Source: an uncultured Sangeribacter sp. (GTDB taxonomy: Bacteria; Bacteroidota; Bacteroidia; Bacteroidales; Muribaculaceae). From it: DNA of 64,000 nt. Made by a program: the position numbers and the translations under genes. The DNA is taken from the NCBI GenBank assembly GCA_964595885.1, contig CAZQSD010000002.1:16036-80035 (forward strand). The letters run 5' to 3'. Below are positions 36,594 to 46,777 of this stretch, in pieces (position 1 is the stretch's first letter; the number at the start of each line of letters is the position of its first letter). The notes beneath the pieces are model-generated. The model was not told the DNA's origin. It worked only from the letters and a program-made list of their open reading frames with translations, and searched no databases.

Positions 36594-36863
36594 GGTAAAG
36601 TTTAATTTTTTAAAACTGTTGAGCTATATTCACTCCTTTATAATATATAGTAACCACGCGGATAATTCTATGTGAGGATTACATATCGAGTGACATTATA
36701 CCAACGCAAAAACAAATTGAATTCTTACAACCTGCCTCAGATAATTCTAAATATTCCTTAATATCCTTCCACTTCTTTTTAACTATTTTAATCATTACCT
36801 TTTTATTTTATTAAATTAACTTAAAATCTATCTTATTACTATCCTATTTTACAATATTGATAG

Positions 36864-36871
36864 TAATTTTG
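36864..36871 (+). promoter_or_regulatory. -7 promoter box TAATTTTG upstream of htrA
   Basis: Exact TAnnTTTG match, 144 nt upstream of the ATG at 37015. It overlaps the right arm of a 9-bp inverted repeat. Confidence 0.45.
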
Positions 36872-37014
36872 CATTGAAATAATATGGTGGGAAATAAGAA
36901 ATGATTTGTTTATGTCATAGCTTGTGTTCCTTAACTCCATTAATAATACGGCCGGCTTAGTTGGCCATATAAACATTTCCACAAGACAAACATAAAAACC
37001 TACATAAAGAAGAC

Positions 37015-38490
37015 ATGAAAAGATACAGTATTCCCGTCTTGGCAGCCGCCTTGATATTTATGGTATCGCCGGCATGTGCCGACAATCATGCAGAGGGCAA
37101 TCCTCCACAGTTTATCCACACATCGTCGGGAGCATCTTTTGAGACTGACTTTACTGTTGCTGCTGAAAAAACAGTCAATGCAGTTGTTTGTATAAAAAGC
37201 TTTACCACACATCGTCAGAATCCATATGGTGGTGGCGGATATGATCCGTTTGGAATGTTCGATTTCTTTTTCGGACCTCAGGAACGTCAGCAGCCCCGCC
37301 AGCAGCAGCGTAACAGTGAGCCCGTGCAAAGCGGTCTTGGTTCAGGAGTGATTCTGACCGAGGACGGATATATCGTGACCAACAACCACGTGGTAGATGG
37401 CGCTGATAAACTTGAGGTTCTTTTGAACGATAACTCAACCTATGAGGCACGTATCATAGGCACAGACGAAGCCACTGACCTGGCACTGATTAAGATTGAC
37501 GCTGAAAAGCTCTCTCCTATTTCTTTCGGAGATAGTGAAGATGTAAAGATTGGAGAATGGGTGCTTGCTGTCGGCAATCCTTTCGGATTCAATTCTACGG
37601 TCACCGCTGGTATTGTGAGTGCAAAAGCACGCAGTCTCAATCAAAATGGGCGAAATGGGAAAATGGGCATTGAGTCTTTTATTCAGACAGACGCTGCTCT
37701 CAATCCAGGCAACTCCGGTGGTGCACTCGTTAACCTCAAGGGTGAACTTATCGGTATTAATTCTGCAATATATTCCAATACAGGTAGCTACTCAGGCTTC
37801 TCATTCGCAATTCCGACTACCATCGTGAAAAAAGTGATGACTGACCTCCGTCAGTATGGCACCGTTCAACGTGCTGTGCTTGGTTGTGCAGTTGCAGAAT
37901 TGGATGCTAAGCTTGCAAAGGAAAAGAATATCACCGCTGTCAAAGCTGGCCTTATCGTAAAGAGCGTTACTGATAGAAGCACTGCTAAAGAGCTTGGCCT
38001 TCAGGAAGACGATGTCATCACAGCCATCAACAATGTTGAGGTGCATAACTTCGCCCAGCTTGTGGAACAGCTTAACAAGTTCCGTCCGGGCGATCAGATT
38101 ACCGTCACTTATTACCGCAATAATAACAAAGAGGTAAAGAGCGGCACTCTTCGCAATACCCAGGGCAACACCACCATCACCAAAAAAGGGGATTTCTCTG
38201 AAATTGGATGTGCGTTCATGAAGCTTAACGAAGAAACTAAACGCAGTCTCGGCATTTCTAATGGTGTGAAAGTTACAGGCCTTAAAAACGGTGCCTTCCG
38301 TGATGCCGGAGTAAAAGATGGCTTTATAATCATTGAAATCAACGGCAGAACCGTCAACACTTCTGATGATGTTGAGATGATTTATAATCAAATAATGAAG
38401 TCTGACGACTCTGATAAGGTGATGTTCCTGACAGGTATCTATCCCACTGGGAAGAAATATTACTATGCTGTGAATTTATCCACTGAATAA
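37015..38490 (+). CDS. htrA: HtrA/DegP/DegQ-family periplasmic serine endoprotease with two PDZ domains
   Basis: Catalytic triad context (TNNHVV, DLALIKI, GNSGGALVN), followed by two PDZ-like segments. Confidence 0.9.
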   Translation: MKRYSIPVLAAALIFMVSPACADNHAEGNPPQFIHTSSGASFETDFTVAAEKTVNAVVCIKSFTTHRQNPYGGGGYDPFGMFDFFFGPQERQQPRQQQRNSEPVQSGLGSGVILTEDGYIVTNNHVVDGADKLEVLLNDNSTYEARIIGTDEATDLALIKIDAEKLSPISFGDSEDVKIGEWVLAVGNPFGFNSTVTAGIVSAKARSLNQNGRNGKMGIESFIQTDAALNPGNSGGALVNLKGELIGINSAIYSNTGSYSGFSFAIPTTIVKKVMTDLRQYGTVQRAVLGCAVAELDAKLAKEKNITAVKAGLIVKSVTDRSTAKELGLQEDDVITAINNVEVHNFAQLVEQLNKFRPGDQITVTYYRNNNKEVKSGTLRNTQGNTTITKKGDFSEIGCAFMKLNEETKRSLGISNGVKVTGLKNGAFRDAGVKDGFIIIEINGRTVNTSDDVEMIYNQIMKSDDSDKVMFLTGIYPTGKKYYYAVNLSTE

Positions 38491-38514
38491 AACCCTTCTT
38501 TTCTACTGTAAAAT

Positions 38515-38550
38515 ATCGTCTGCCCAAGTATGGGCAGACGATATTTTTAT
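38515..38550 (+). terminator. Rho-independent terminator after htrA
   Basis: ATCGTCTGCCCA (38515-38526) pairs with TGGGCAGACGAT (38531-38542) with a 4-nt loop, followed by ATTTTTATT. Confidence 0.8.
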
Positions 38551-38702
38551 TATATCTACAAGAGAATCATTATTTTAAATATTTTTTTTACTATACCACA
38601 CAACAAAATGAACCTTATAAACGTTTTTAATTATGCGTATTTGCCCCGGATTATATAATTCGGGACAAATGCTAACATTGCAACAATTTTTTGGAAGGGT
38701 AT

Positions 38703-39563
38703 ATGAGACAACTAAAAATTACAAAATCGATTACAAACCGTGAAAGTGCATCTCTTGATAAATATCTTCAGGAAATAGGCCGTGAGGAACTGATTTCTGT
38801 AAGCGAAGAGGTGGAACTCGCGCAAAGGATAAAGAAAGGCGACCACGCAGCCCTGGAGAAGCTTACAAAAGCTAATCTCCGTTTCGTCGTGTCGGTTGCC
38901 AAGCAATATCAGAATCAGGGTTTAAGTCTCCCTGACCTTATCAACGAGGGCAATCTCGGTCTTATCCGTGCGGCTCAGAAATTTGATGAGACAAGAGGTT
39001 TCAAATTTATATCCTATGCTGTTTGGTGGATCAGGCAATCTATCCTCCAGGCATTGGCTGAGCAAAGTCGTATTGTCAGGCTTCCACTAAATCAGGTTGG
39101 TTCTCTCAATAAAATAAGCAAGGAGCTTTCTAAATTCGAACAAGAAAATGAACGCCGCCCTTCTCCAGAGGAACTTGCCGATCGCCTTGGCATACCGGTT
39201 GACAAGATTTCAGACACTCTGAAAGTATCAGGGCGCCATATATCTGTAGACGCGCCTTTTGTTGATGGAGAAGATAATTCCCTTTTGGATGTTCTTCCAA
39301 ACGATGACAGCCCAATGGCCGACTCATCATTGAATCAGGAGAGCCTATCTAAGGAGGTAGACCGAGCATTGAAACAGCTCTTTGACCGTGAACGCGAAAT
39401 CCTCAAAATGTTTTTCGGAATTGGTTGCCAAGAGATGACTCTTGAGGAGATAGGTGCAAAGTTTGATCTTACAAGGGAGCGTGTGCGCCAGATTAAAGAG
39501 AAAGCCATCCGTCGCCTTAAAGGTCAAAAGAGCAAGCTCCTTAAAAGCTATCTCGGTGAATAA
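38703..39563 (+). CDS. rpoD: Primary RNA polymerase sigma factor (Bacteroidota short RpoD/SigA type)
   Basis: 287 aa. Regions 1.2-4 are present ([80 protein letters not shown]). The listed start at 38691 is a TTG, so I prefer the ATG at 38703. Confidence 0.9.
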   Translation: MRQLKITKSITNRESASLDKYLQEIGREELISVSEEVELAQRIKKGDHAALEKLTKANLRFVVSVAKQYQNQGLSLPDLINEGNLGLIRAAQKFDETRGFKFISYAVWWIRQSILQALAEQSRIVRLPLNQVGSLNKISKELSKFEQENERRPSPEELADRLGIPVDKISDTLKVSGRHISVDAPFVDGEDNSLLDVLPNDDSPMADSSLNQESLSKEVDRALKQLFDREREILKMFFGIGCQEMTLEEIGAKFDLTRERVRQIKEKAIRRLKGQKSKLLKSYLGE

Positions 39564-39643
39564 GCACTACGAATTCAGATTCCTATTTGGATCTCCCCAT
39601 ATAGTTTAGTTGTTCACTCTCTTTCTGATTCACAGTTTTGATT

Positions 39644-39697
39644 AAACAACAAGGGTTAAAGTTTAGGTTGATACCTTTTCTTTAACCCTTGTTGTTT
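39644..39697. terminator. Bidirectional terminator hairpin between the convergent rpoD and dcp genes
   Basis: AAACAACAAGGGTTAAAG (39644-39661) pairs perfectly with CTTTAACCCTTGTTGTTT (39680-39697): 18 bp with an 18-nt loop. Confidence 0.75.
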
Positions 39698-39719
39698 AAC
39701 TATCTTTTTTCAAATATAT

Positions 39720-41858
39720 TCATTTTATTCCGTCACGGTGAAGGAGAGCGTCTACTGTCGGTTCCTTGCCTCTAAACTCAAGATAGAGTGCATGAGGATC
39801 AACAGTGCCTCCACTCTGGAGCATCTTTTTAAACTTTGCCGCTGTAGTCTTGTCAAAAATTCCATTTTCTTGGAAAGCAGCAAAGGCATCTGCATCCAGC
39901 ACTTCTGCCCACTTATATCCGTAGTAACCGGCCGCGTATCCACCGGAGAAAACATGTCCGAAAGACGGAGAGGTCATGCATCCCTCCACAACATCAAATA
40001 CTCTAACCGGATCCTGAGCTTTTTCCTCAAACAGTTCCACATCCGCACTCGCACGAAGAGGTTCTTTTATTGAATGATAAGCCATGTCCAGATAACCAAA
40101 TCCAAGCTGACGCATACATGCATAAGCCGCCCCAAACCGATTAGCTGTCACAAACTTCTCGATCAACTCCGCAGGCAATTTTTTACCGGTCTTGTAATGG
40201 CGAGCAAACCCGTCAAGAAATTCTTTTTCTGTCATGAAGTTCTCATTAAATTGAGAGAACAACTCAACAAAATCATGATATACATTCGTACCACTTAACG
40301 AGCCATAAGTAGCTTGTGCCGATAAACCATGAAGGGCGTGACCAAACTCATGAAGGAAAGTCTCCACTTCACTTGGTGTCAGAAGCACCGGTTCGTTACC
40401 TACCGGTTTGGAAAAGTTAGTCACTATTGAGATTAAAGGAAGTGTTCGGTGACCCGCATCATCTTTTGTCTCTGTGCGGAACTCTGTCATCCAAGCACCC
40501 GGAGATTTCCCGGGACGATAGAAAAAGTCAGCATAAAGCACTCCGAGCATTGATCCATCTTTTTCATAAACCTCAAATGCTTTCACATCAGGATGATAGA
40601 CAGGAATGTTCTTATTCTCTTTAAACTTATATCCATAAAGTTTTGTTGCCAATCCAAGCACCCCGCTGATTGTATTCTCCAACTCGAAATAAGGCTTCAT
40701 GTCTTCGTCATTAAAGGCATAGCGCTCATTTTTAAGTTTATTCGCCCAATAGCTATAATCCCAGGGCATAAGTTTAAAATCGTTTCCCTCCGAAGTCTGA
40801 GCAAAAGATTCGATCTCCTTCAGTTCTTCCCTCATTGGCCCTGTATAATTCTTTCTTAAGTCTTCAAGAAGATTCATAACAGCTTCTGGATTGGCCGCCA
40901 TCGTGCCTTGAAGTTGATATTCGGCAAATGACTCCTTACCCATAAGATTTGCAATTTCCAGTCGGATATTGGCAATATCTTTAAGGATCTGACGATTATC
41001 ATATGGCCCTTCAGTATTTTTCGAGCCATTCATCTTATAGAGCTTCTCACGTAATTCCCGGTTATCAGCATTTTGCATGAACGGAACATATGATGGAGCG
41101 AACAGAGAGAACATATATAGATCTGTGTCATCAGGCTTTCCTTCTTCCGCCAAGGCTTCTCTGGCAGCTTCTCTGGCAGCCTGTTTTATGCTTTCAGGCA
41201 ACCCGGCTGTGTCAGCTTCCTTCACCCAAAGACGATTCTTGGGATCGGCCATCTCGTTAGTTATATTTTGGCCGAATTTTACAGTAAGGTCAGAGAGTTC
41301 GGAATTAAGCCTTCTGTACTTATCTCTGTCAGTTCCCTGGAGGTTTGCACCACTCTCGGCAAAACTACGGTAGGTCTCGTCAATGAGGCGTAGAGCTTCC
41401 GGTGACAGATCTGTGCGCGATGCCTTGTTATCATATACCTTCTTTATCCTGTTCCACAATTTCTCATTGAGGAGTATGCCAGTTGAGTGTTCAGAGATAA
41501 GAGGAGTAACCTTTGCCATGATGTTCATCAGCACTGTGTCACCTAACGCCGCTTCCAGATTACTGAGAGCAAGAACCGACTCATTCAATAGTCGCCCACT
41601 CCTGTCAAAAGCTGCTACAGTATTTTCAAAAGTCGCATCCTCACTGACAGAGGTTATTGCTTCAATCTCTCCATTATGGATTTTGATTGCCTCGATCACC
41701 GCATCCTCGTAATCGGGAGGAGTGAGTTTGTCAAACGGCACACTTTGAAAGGGTGCGTCGGATAGGGAAAGTAAGGGATTCTTTCCCGCAATTTCTGATT
41801 CATTGATCATTGTCATCAACATTAATGCTGTTAATGATCCCGTAATTAATCTCTTCAT
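39720..41858 (-). CDS. dcp: M3-family peptidyl-dipeptidase Dcp / oligopeptidase
   Basis: HEFGHALH zinc motif. ~700 aa M3 architecture. Signal peptide from MKRLITGSLTALMLMTMI (ATG at 41858). Confidence 0.9.
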   Translation of the reverse strand: MKRLITGSLTALMLMTMINESEIAGKNPLLSLSDAPFQSVPFDKLTPPDYEDAVIEAIKIHNGEIEAITSVSEDATFENTVAAFDRSGRLLNESVLALSNLEAALGDTVLMNIMAKVTPLISEHSTGILLNEKLWNRIKKVYDNKASRTDLSPEALRLIDETYRSFAESGANLQGTDRDKYRRLNSELSDLTVKFGQNITNEMADPKNRLWVKEADTAGLPESIKQAAREAAREALAEEGKPDDTDLYMFSLFAPSYVPFMQNADNRELREKLYKMNGSKNTEGPYDNRQILKDIANIRLEIANLMGKESFAEYQLQGTMAANPEAVMNLLEDLRKNYTGPMREELKEIESFAQTSEGNDFKLMPWDYSYWANKLKNERYAFNDEDMKPYFELENTISGVLGLATKLYGYKFKENKNIPVYHPDVKAFEVYEKDGSMLGVLYADFFYRPGKSPGAWMTEFRTETKDDAGHRTLPLISIVTNFSKPVGNEPVLLTPSEVETFLHEFGHALHGLSAQATYGSLSGTNVYHDFVELFSQFNENFMTEKEFLDGFARHYKTGKKLPAELIEKFVTANRFGAAYACMRQLGFGYLDMAYHSIKEPLRASADVELFEEKAQDPVRVFDVVEGCMTSPSFGHVFSGGYAAGYYGYKWAEVLDADAFAAFQENGIFDKTTAAKFKKMLQSGGTVDPHALYLEFRGKEPTVDALLHRDGIK

Positions 41859-41897
41859 GAAATATAATTTTTTGCGAATATACAAAAATAATGCCAA

Positions 41898-41935
41898 ACA
41901 AAAAAATTCGGAGATACCCTAAATGAATATCTCCG
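41898..41935 (-). terminator. Rho-independent terminator after the M16 peptidase gene (minus strand)
   Basis: CGGAGATA (41909-41916) pairs with TATCTCCG (41928-41935). The minus strand then reads AATTTTTTTGTTTGG. Confidence 0.65.
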
Positions 41936-41965
41936 GATTATTATCAATCTTTACGTTTTATCAAC

Positions 41966-44779
41966 TTACTCAGCGGCAGGTATGCCTTCCATTACGACCT
42001 GAACACGGTTTTTACCATCATATACACTCTTCATGAATGCATTCAGATCTGCCAGAGTAATGTTTTCAATTGCCTGACGATAACCTGTGATGTAATCAAA
42101 TCCGCGTAGGTATGACATAAGGTTGCTGTCCCAGTAAGCATTACTGCGCTCGTTGATGTCGAGTTGTTTGAGCATAGCCTCCTTAACTTTCTGGAATTTC
42201 TCCTCGTCTGCACCATTCTGGAGTAACTCTTCAAACTCCTTCTGAGCACGGCTGATAAGCTGATCCTGTTGATCCTTATTGGTAATGAAATAATACAAAA
42301 GGAACCATGTATTGTCATTAGGATTCATGTTGCCTGCAACGGAAGCACCATATGTGCCACCCTCCTCTTCGCGAAGTGTCTCTGTATAAATCATCTCAAG
42401 TATATCACCCATGAGAGTAACCTTAATGTTATTCTCAACGCTGAAAGGAAGCTCACCTGACATTACATCAAACACATAAGTGGCAGGTGTCTGCATAGCA
42501 AAAGTAAATTCATCGTTAACCTGACCTTCTACTAAAGAATTTTTTGACTTAATATTCAGTTTAGAAGGTGCGGTAGCCGGAAGAGTGGCAATATACTGTT
42601 CCAACATAGGACGAATGGTGTTAAGATCTACGTTTCCGGTGAAGAGGAATGTATAATCAGCAGCATTGCTGAGAGCTGAATGAATCATCTCAAGCATCTG
42701 AGGATAATTAGCAGCCTCAAGAGTCTCAAGGGTAATATTTTCCATTAATGGATTATTGCCATAACGATCCTTAGCTACACGATTGAAAAATACAGATTCC
42801 GGATTATTTTTCAAGAGCTCAAACCGAGGTTTAACCTTATCGATGTTAAGAGTATAGTTCTCCTGGTCTGCATTCACATTAGTGAAAGCTGTATAAATAA
42901 GCTGCATGAGAGTCTCAAGATCTTTCACGGTTGACTGACCATTGAGCGCATCGGTAAAGCTATTGATTGAGAATCCAAGAGCGGCATGCTTACCGGCCAT
43001 ATATTTACGCAATGTCTTGTTGTCAAACGGACCCATCTTCGAGAGGGAGAAAGCATCGCCAATAAGAAGCACATTGGCAGCTTCATCAGCAGAATATGCA
43101 CGCTTGCCACCCTCACGGAAAGCCGTCATAACGATTTCATCACCTGCAAAATCAGTAGGTTTCAACACTACTTTAACACCATTGGAAAGAGTGAGGATAG
43201 TGATGCCAAGAGCTGCGTTTTCTTCGCTGCTTACAATCTTCCCCGGAGCAGGAAGTTGTGAAATAAGCGGTTCGGTGATAACCTCATCCACATAGGCCTC
43301 ATAATCAGCATTCATTGCATCAGTGACCGTCTTTATCATAATTTCTTTAGAAAGAATCTTAAAGCCCTCTTTCTGAGGTTCGGCAGTAACGACCACTATG
43401 TTTTCAGGAGTGAGAATAGCCTGAGCCATCTGATTGATTAGCTCAACAGGCACATTTGGAAGAACGTTTTTCACCAACTCATATTCTGTCTCAATGCCGG
43501 GAGCAGGGTCATTATCAATGAAGAAGCGATAAAGCTCTCTGCCATAAGCATCGTTATCTGTTTTATCTCTTTCATTATACATCTTTTCATACATTGAGAG
43601 AACCTCCTCCTTAACACGGTCATATTCAGAATCGGTAAATCCTGTTTTGCAAGCGCGCACAACTATTGCCATAGCGTCAGCAACAGCTTGCTGGGTTTCG
43701 CCTGCCTTCGGTATGATCTGAATGTCAAAAGCATCCTTAGTCTTTGACACATAGAAGCTGCCGAATCCTACTGAAGCAGCGGCATAGTTACATTCAGCAG
43801 ACTGTGAAAATTCTGACAGACGGTTATTGATCAACCTGCTTATAACCATTTCCATCACATTCTTATTTACATATACCTCTACGGTGTTACGCATCTCGGG
43901 AGGCAATACGTCTGACTTGAAAGAAATGATAGTCATTGGTTGAGATAACTCTGCATCTGTGAATGACGCATATATTGGCTCCTTATTATCGCTTACAACA
44001 GGATATTCACGGGGGGCAGCGTTCTCAGGCATAGGAATAGTAGAGAATAAGTCAATGACTTTTTTCTCCATTTCGTCTGCATCAAAATCGCCGACAATCA
44101 CAATACCCTGCTGATCGGGACGATACCATTTTTTATAGTATGCGCGAAGCACTTCGGGTTTGAAATTCTTGACAATTTCCATTTTGCCGATTGGCATCTG
44201 CTGATACTGGTATTCCTGATAAATCTGGGGTAAGATTGAACTATACATTCTAAAAGAAGCATCGTCACGCTGTCTTGCCTCACTTTGAATGACACCACGT
44301 TCTGCATCGATCTCAGATTCTTCAAGAAGAATCTCACCACTCCAATCGTGAAGGACGAGGAGCACACTGTCCATCAGATTCTTGTCGGTAGTGGGAACGT
44401 TGTTAATGTTGTAGACTGTCTCGTCAAATCCGGTGTAAGCATTGATGTCAGCTCCAAAACGAATACCCTTGCTCTGGAGATAATTGAGCATGTTCTTTCC
44501 TGGATAATGTGATGTGCCGTTGAAAGCCATGTGCTCAAGGAAGTGAGCAAGACCCAATTGCTCTTGGGTTTCAAGTGTGGAACCAACTTTCTGAGCAATG
44601 TAGAAATTTGCCCTCTCTTTGGGTTCCTCGTTGTGCATGATGTAGTAGCTCAAGCCATTGGGCAACACACCTGACTTCACCTTCGGATTGAGCGGAAGTG
44701 GCGTGAGCTGCGGCATCTGAGCACTTACGCAAAGCATGCCCATAAGGCACATGGCAATGCTTAAGATTTTCCTGATCAT
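41966..44779 (-). CDS. M16 (pitrilysin/insulinase) family zinc peptidase, two-module form
   Basis: Inverted zinc motif HFLEHMAF. 937 aa with a signal peptide. Confidence 0.9.
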   Translation of the reverse strand: MIRKILSIAMCLMGMLCVSAQMPQLTPLPLNPKVKSGVLPNGLSYYIMHNEEPKERANFYIAQKVGSTLETQEQLGLAHFLEHMAFNGTSHYPGKNMLNYLQSKGIRFGADINAYTGFDETVYNINNVPTTDKNLMDSVLLVLHDWSGEILLEESEIDAERGVIQSEARQRDDASFRMYSSILPQIYQEYQYQQMPIGKMEIVKNFKPEVLRAYYKKWYRPDQQGIVIVGDFDADEMEKKVIDLFSTIPMPENAAPREYPVVSDNKEPIYASFTDAELSQPMTIISFKSDVLPPEMRNTVEVYVNKNVMEMVISRLINNRLSEFSQSAECNYAAASVGFGSFYVSKTKDAFDIQIIPKAGETQQAVADAMAIVVRACKTGFTDSEYDRVKEEVLSMYEKMYNERDKTDNDAYGRELYRFFIDNDPAPGIETEYELVKNVLPNVPVELINQMAQAILTPENIVVVTAEPQKEGFKILSKEIMIKTVTDAMNADYEAYVDEVITEPLISQLPAPGKIVSSEENAALGITILTLSNGVKVVLKPTDFAGDEIVMTAFREGGKRAYSADEAANVLLIGDAFSLSKMGPFDNKTLRKYMAGKHAALGFSINSFTDALNGQSTVKDLETLMQLIYTAFTNVNADQENYTLNIDKVKPRFELLKNNPESVFFNRVAKDRYGNNPLMENITLETLEAANYPQMLEMIHSALSNAADYTFLFTGNVDLNTIRPMLEQYIATLPATAPSKLNIKSKNSLVEGQVNDEFTFAMQTPATYVFDVMSGELPFSVENNIKVTLMGDILEMIYTETLREEEGGTYGASVAGNMNPNDNTWFLLYYFITNKDQQDQLISRAQKEFEELLQNGADEEKFQKVKEAMLKQLDINERSNAYWDSNLMSYLRGFDYITGYRQAIENITLADLNAFMKSVYDGKNRVQVVMEGIPAAE

Positions 44780-44923
44780 AAGTGTTAAATTTAAGTTATT
44801 ATTATAGTTGTTTTGGTTATACTCTATCTAAATTGACAACCACTTGTGGATTTCTACATTTACGGGAGATAAAGCAGATCCATTCAAAACACATAATTGC
44901 CTTGTTATTTAGTTGTCACGATG

Positions 44924-44931
44924 CAAAGTTA
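44924..44931 (-). promoter_or_regulatory. -7 promoter box (TAACTTTG on the minus strand) for the M16 peptidase gene
   Basis: The plus strand reads CAAAGTTA, 145 nt upstream of the ATG at 44779. Confidence 0.45.
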
Positions 44932-45004
44932 TACGATTTTTTTATTTTATCAAAATAAATTTACCGAAAAACAATAAATTTTTCTTAAATATCGTGGTTT
45001 TATT

Positions 45005-45547
45005 TCATATGATGCCATTCATCATCGCATACAGTGATAATCCGGATGCTGACTTTATGCCAAGTTTTGAAGAAATATTCTTCCTATGGGTTATCACAGT
45101 ATTGACTGAGATAAACAATTCGTCAGCTATTTCCTTGTTTAACTTCCCGGATGCAATCAATCTAAGCACCTCTGTCTCACGCGACGAAAGAGTGTCCGGC
45201 TGAGGTTCTTTTTCCAAAATTTTCTGAAACAGTGTCCTTATGGCTTGTTTAATATATGTCTCATCAGAAAAAGAATACACGACATTAAGTCCGGTTTGAC
45301 AAGACGTTGAGTCCATATGACATACTATTATGGTCTTTAGCTTACGAGGTAAGAAATAATCAATATTTGACACGAACTCACCACTCTCAACCACATATCC
45401 ATCAATGTTGTCAGAAACCGGATAAAAATCTTTAAAGTTTCTGTAACGTTCTACCATCACATCATTCTCATCATGAAGCAGACTCCTGATTCCGATGGTC
45501 TCCAACGTGTTTAAGCCTATGACAGCAATTCTTACTCTATCATTCAT
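45005..45547 (-). CDS. LuxR-family HTH transcriptional regulator with a degenerate receiver-like N-terminal domain
   Basis: C-terminal LSSRETEVLRLIASGKLNKEIADELFISVNTVITHRKNISSKLGI. By eye the N-terminal ~110 aa lack the canonical acidic pocket. Confidence 0.8.
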   Translation of the reverse strand: MNDRVRIAVIGLNTLETIGIRSLLHDENDVMVERYRNFKDFYPVSDNIDGYVVESGEFVSNIDYFLPRKLKTIIVCHMDSTSCQTGLNVVYSFSDETYIKQAIRTLFQKILEKEPQPDTLSSRETEVLRLIASGKLNKEIADELFISVNTVITHRKNISSKLGIKSASGLSLYAMMNGII

Positions 45548-45557
45548 CTCGTAATCT

Positions 45558-46211
45558 CTACCCAGATATTAACGGAACGAGTATGCGTGTGCGGATCCGG
45601 TTATTCTGCCGCATGTCTTTTTCCAATGCAAAAACAGCCGACACAACCGCCATGCACAAATTACGGTCATAATACCCCTGAAGATGCACCACTAAAAAAG
45701 TAAGCAGGTCATGCAGTTTTTCTCCTACTTCGGCATAACCATCTGTAATTGCCTCAATATCTTTCGGCATCTCGCCTCTCTCCAATTCCTTGAAAATCTG
45801 GTCTTCTTCATGCCTAAGACACCACTCAAGCTGCTGCTTCATGTCAAAAAAAAACTTCTGAAGCAATGCAAGATTATTTTCTGTGCCACTACGCTCTATA
45901 AGGGAAGAGAAATGTCTGACTATATTGGGCAATTGCACATTCTGATAAAACCATGCTGTCTTCCTCAGATAGTCTATTGTCATTTCTACAGAGAATGCAT
46001 CGCTCGCATTCACCGGAAAGTATTCCTCATCAATAAATGTATTGATCACTGAAAGGAAAAAGTCGGGAGGGATATGTGTCTGCTCACATATCCTCCCGAT
46101 AAATCTGTCTCCAACTCCCAGACTAACTCCTAACCGATTGATAACCGGGATTAGAGAAGGATGGGTCATAATGGCATCTGAGAGTTTTGAGTCTATATTA
46201 TATAGAGGCAT
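45558..46211 (-). CDS. Hypothetical protein, RIC/YtfE-like by size and layout (ScdA_N-like N-terminus plus hemerythrin-like helical C-terminus)
   Basis: 217 aa. The N-terminal LSDAIMTHPSLIPVINRLGVSLGVGDRFIGRICEQTHIPPDFFLSVIN resembles ScdA_N/DUF1858. It has a later RHEEDQIF and several conserved-looking His residues. Its start shares one nucleotide with the upstream stop (TAATG). Confidence 0.45.
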   Translation of the reverse strand: MPLYNIDSKLSDAIMTHPSLIPVINRLGVSLGVGDRFIGRICEQTHIPPDFFLSVINTFIDEEYFPVNASDAFSVEMTIDYLRKTAWFYQNVQLPNIVRHFSSLIERSGTENNLALLQKFFFDMKQQLEWCLRHEEDQIFKELERGEMPKDIEAITDGYAEVGEKLHDLLTFLVVHLQGYYDRNLCMAVVSAVFALEKDMRQNNRIRTRILVPLISG

Positions 46212-46777
46212 TATTTAACTATTACCGTAGAACGCTGGGTTATTATTATGTCCATTCCAACATCATGAGGTTCGGTTGGAAGCTCATCATAAAGCTGAAA
46301 TTCATAACCTACTCCTATTTTAGTAGCTTTTGTGGTCTTCAACAGACGGTCATAGAAACCTTTACCTCTTCCGAGTCGGTTGCCCTTACGGTCGTAAGCC
46401 ACTGCAGGCACAACCACCAGTTCTATTTCTGTTGGATCAACCGTATTATTACCTGTTGGCTCCTCTATATGAAAACTTCCAAGCTCAAGTCTTGACTCCT
46501 CATAGGGAAGGATCTCAAGATCCACGCCATTAACTCTGGGCAAGAAGAAATGCTTCTTTGCCGCCCATTTTGATAAAAACGAATGGGTGTAGAGTTCATC
46601 TGGAAGTGAATGATACATCAAAATTCTATCAGCCAAAATAAACGCTGCGGTCTGCTCAAGACGGTCGAACACCTCTTGGGCAGCACTTTTCTTTTCTGCA
46701 TCAGACAGTAATGTGCGCAAAGCCTTCACCTTCCGTCTGATTTCACTCTTTTCCATCATTTTTGTGTTTTCCATCAT
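46211..46777 (-). CDS. 5-formyltetrahydrofolate cyclo-ligase
   Basis: VVPAVAYDRKGNRLGRGKGFYDRLL motif. 188 aa. The exact start among several Met codons is uncertain. Confidence 0.85.
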   Translation of the reverse strand: MMENTKMMEKSEIRRKVKALRTLLSDAEKKSAAQEVFDRLEQTAAFILADRILMYHSLPDELYTHSFLSKWAAKKHFFLPRVNGVDLEILPYEESRLELGSFHIEEPTGNNTVDPTEIELVVVPAVAYDRKGNRLGRGKGFYDRLLKTTKATKIGVGYEFQLYDELPTEPHDVGMDIIITQRSTVIVK

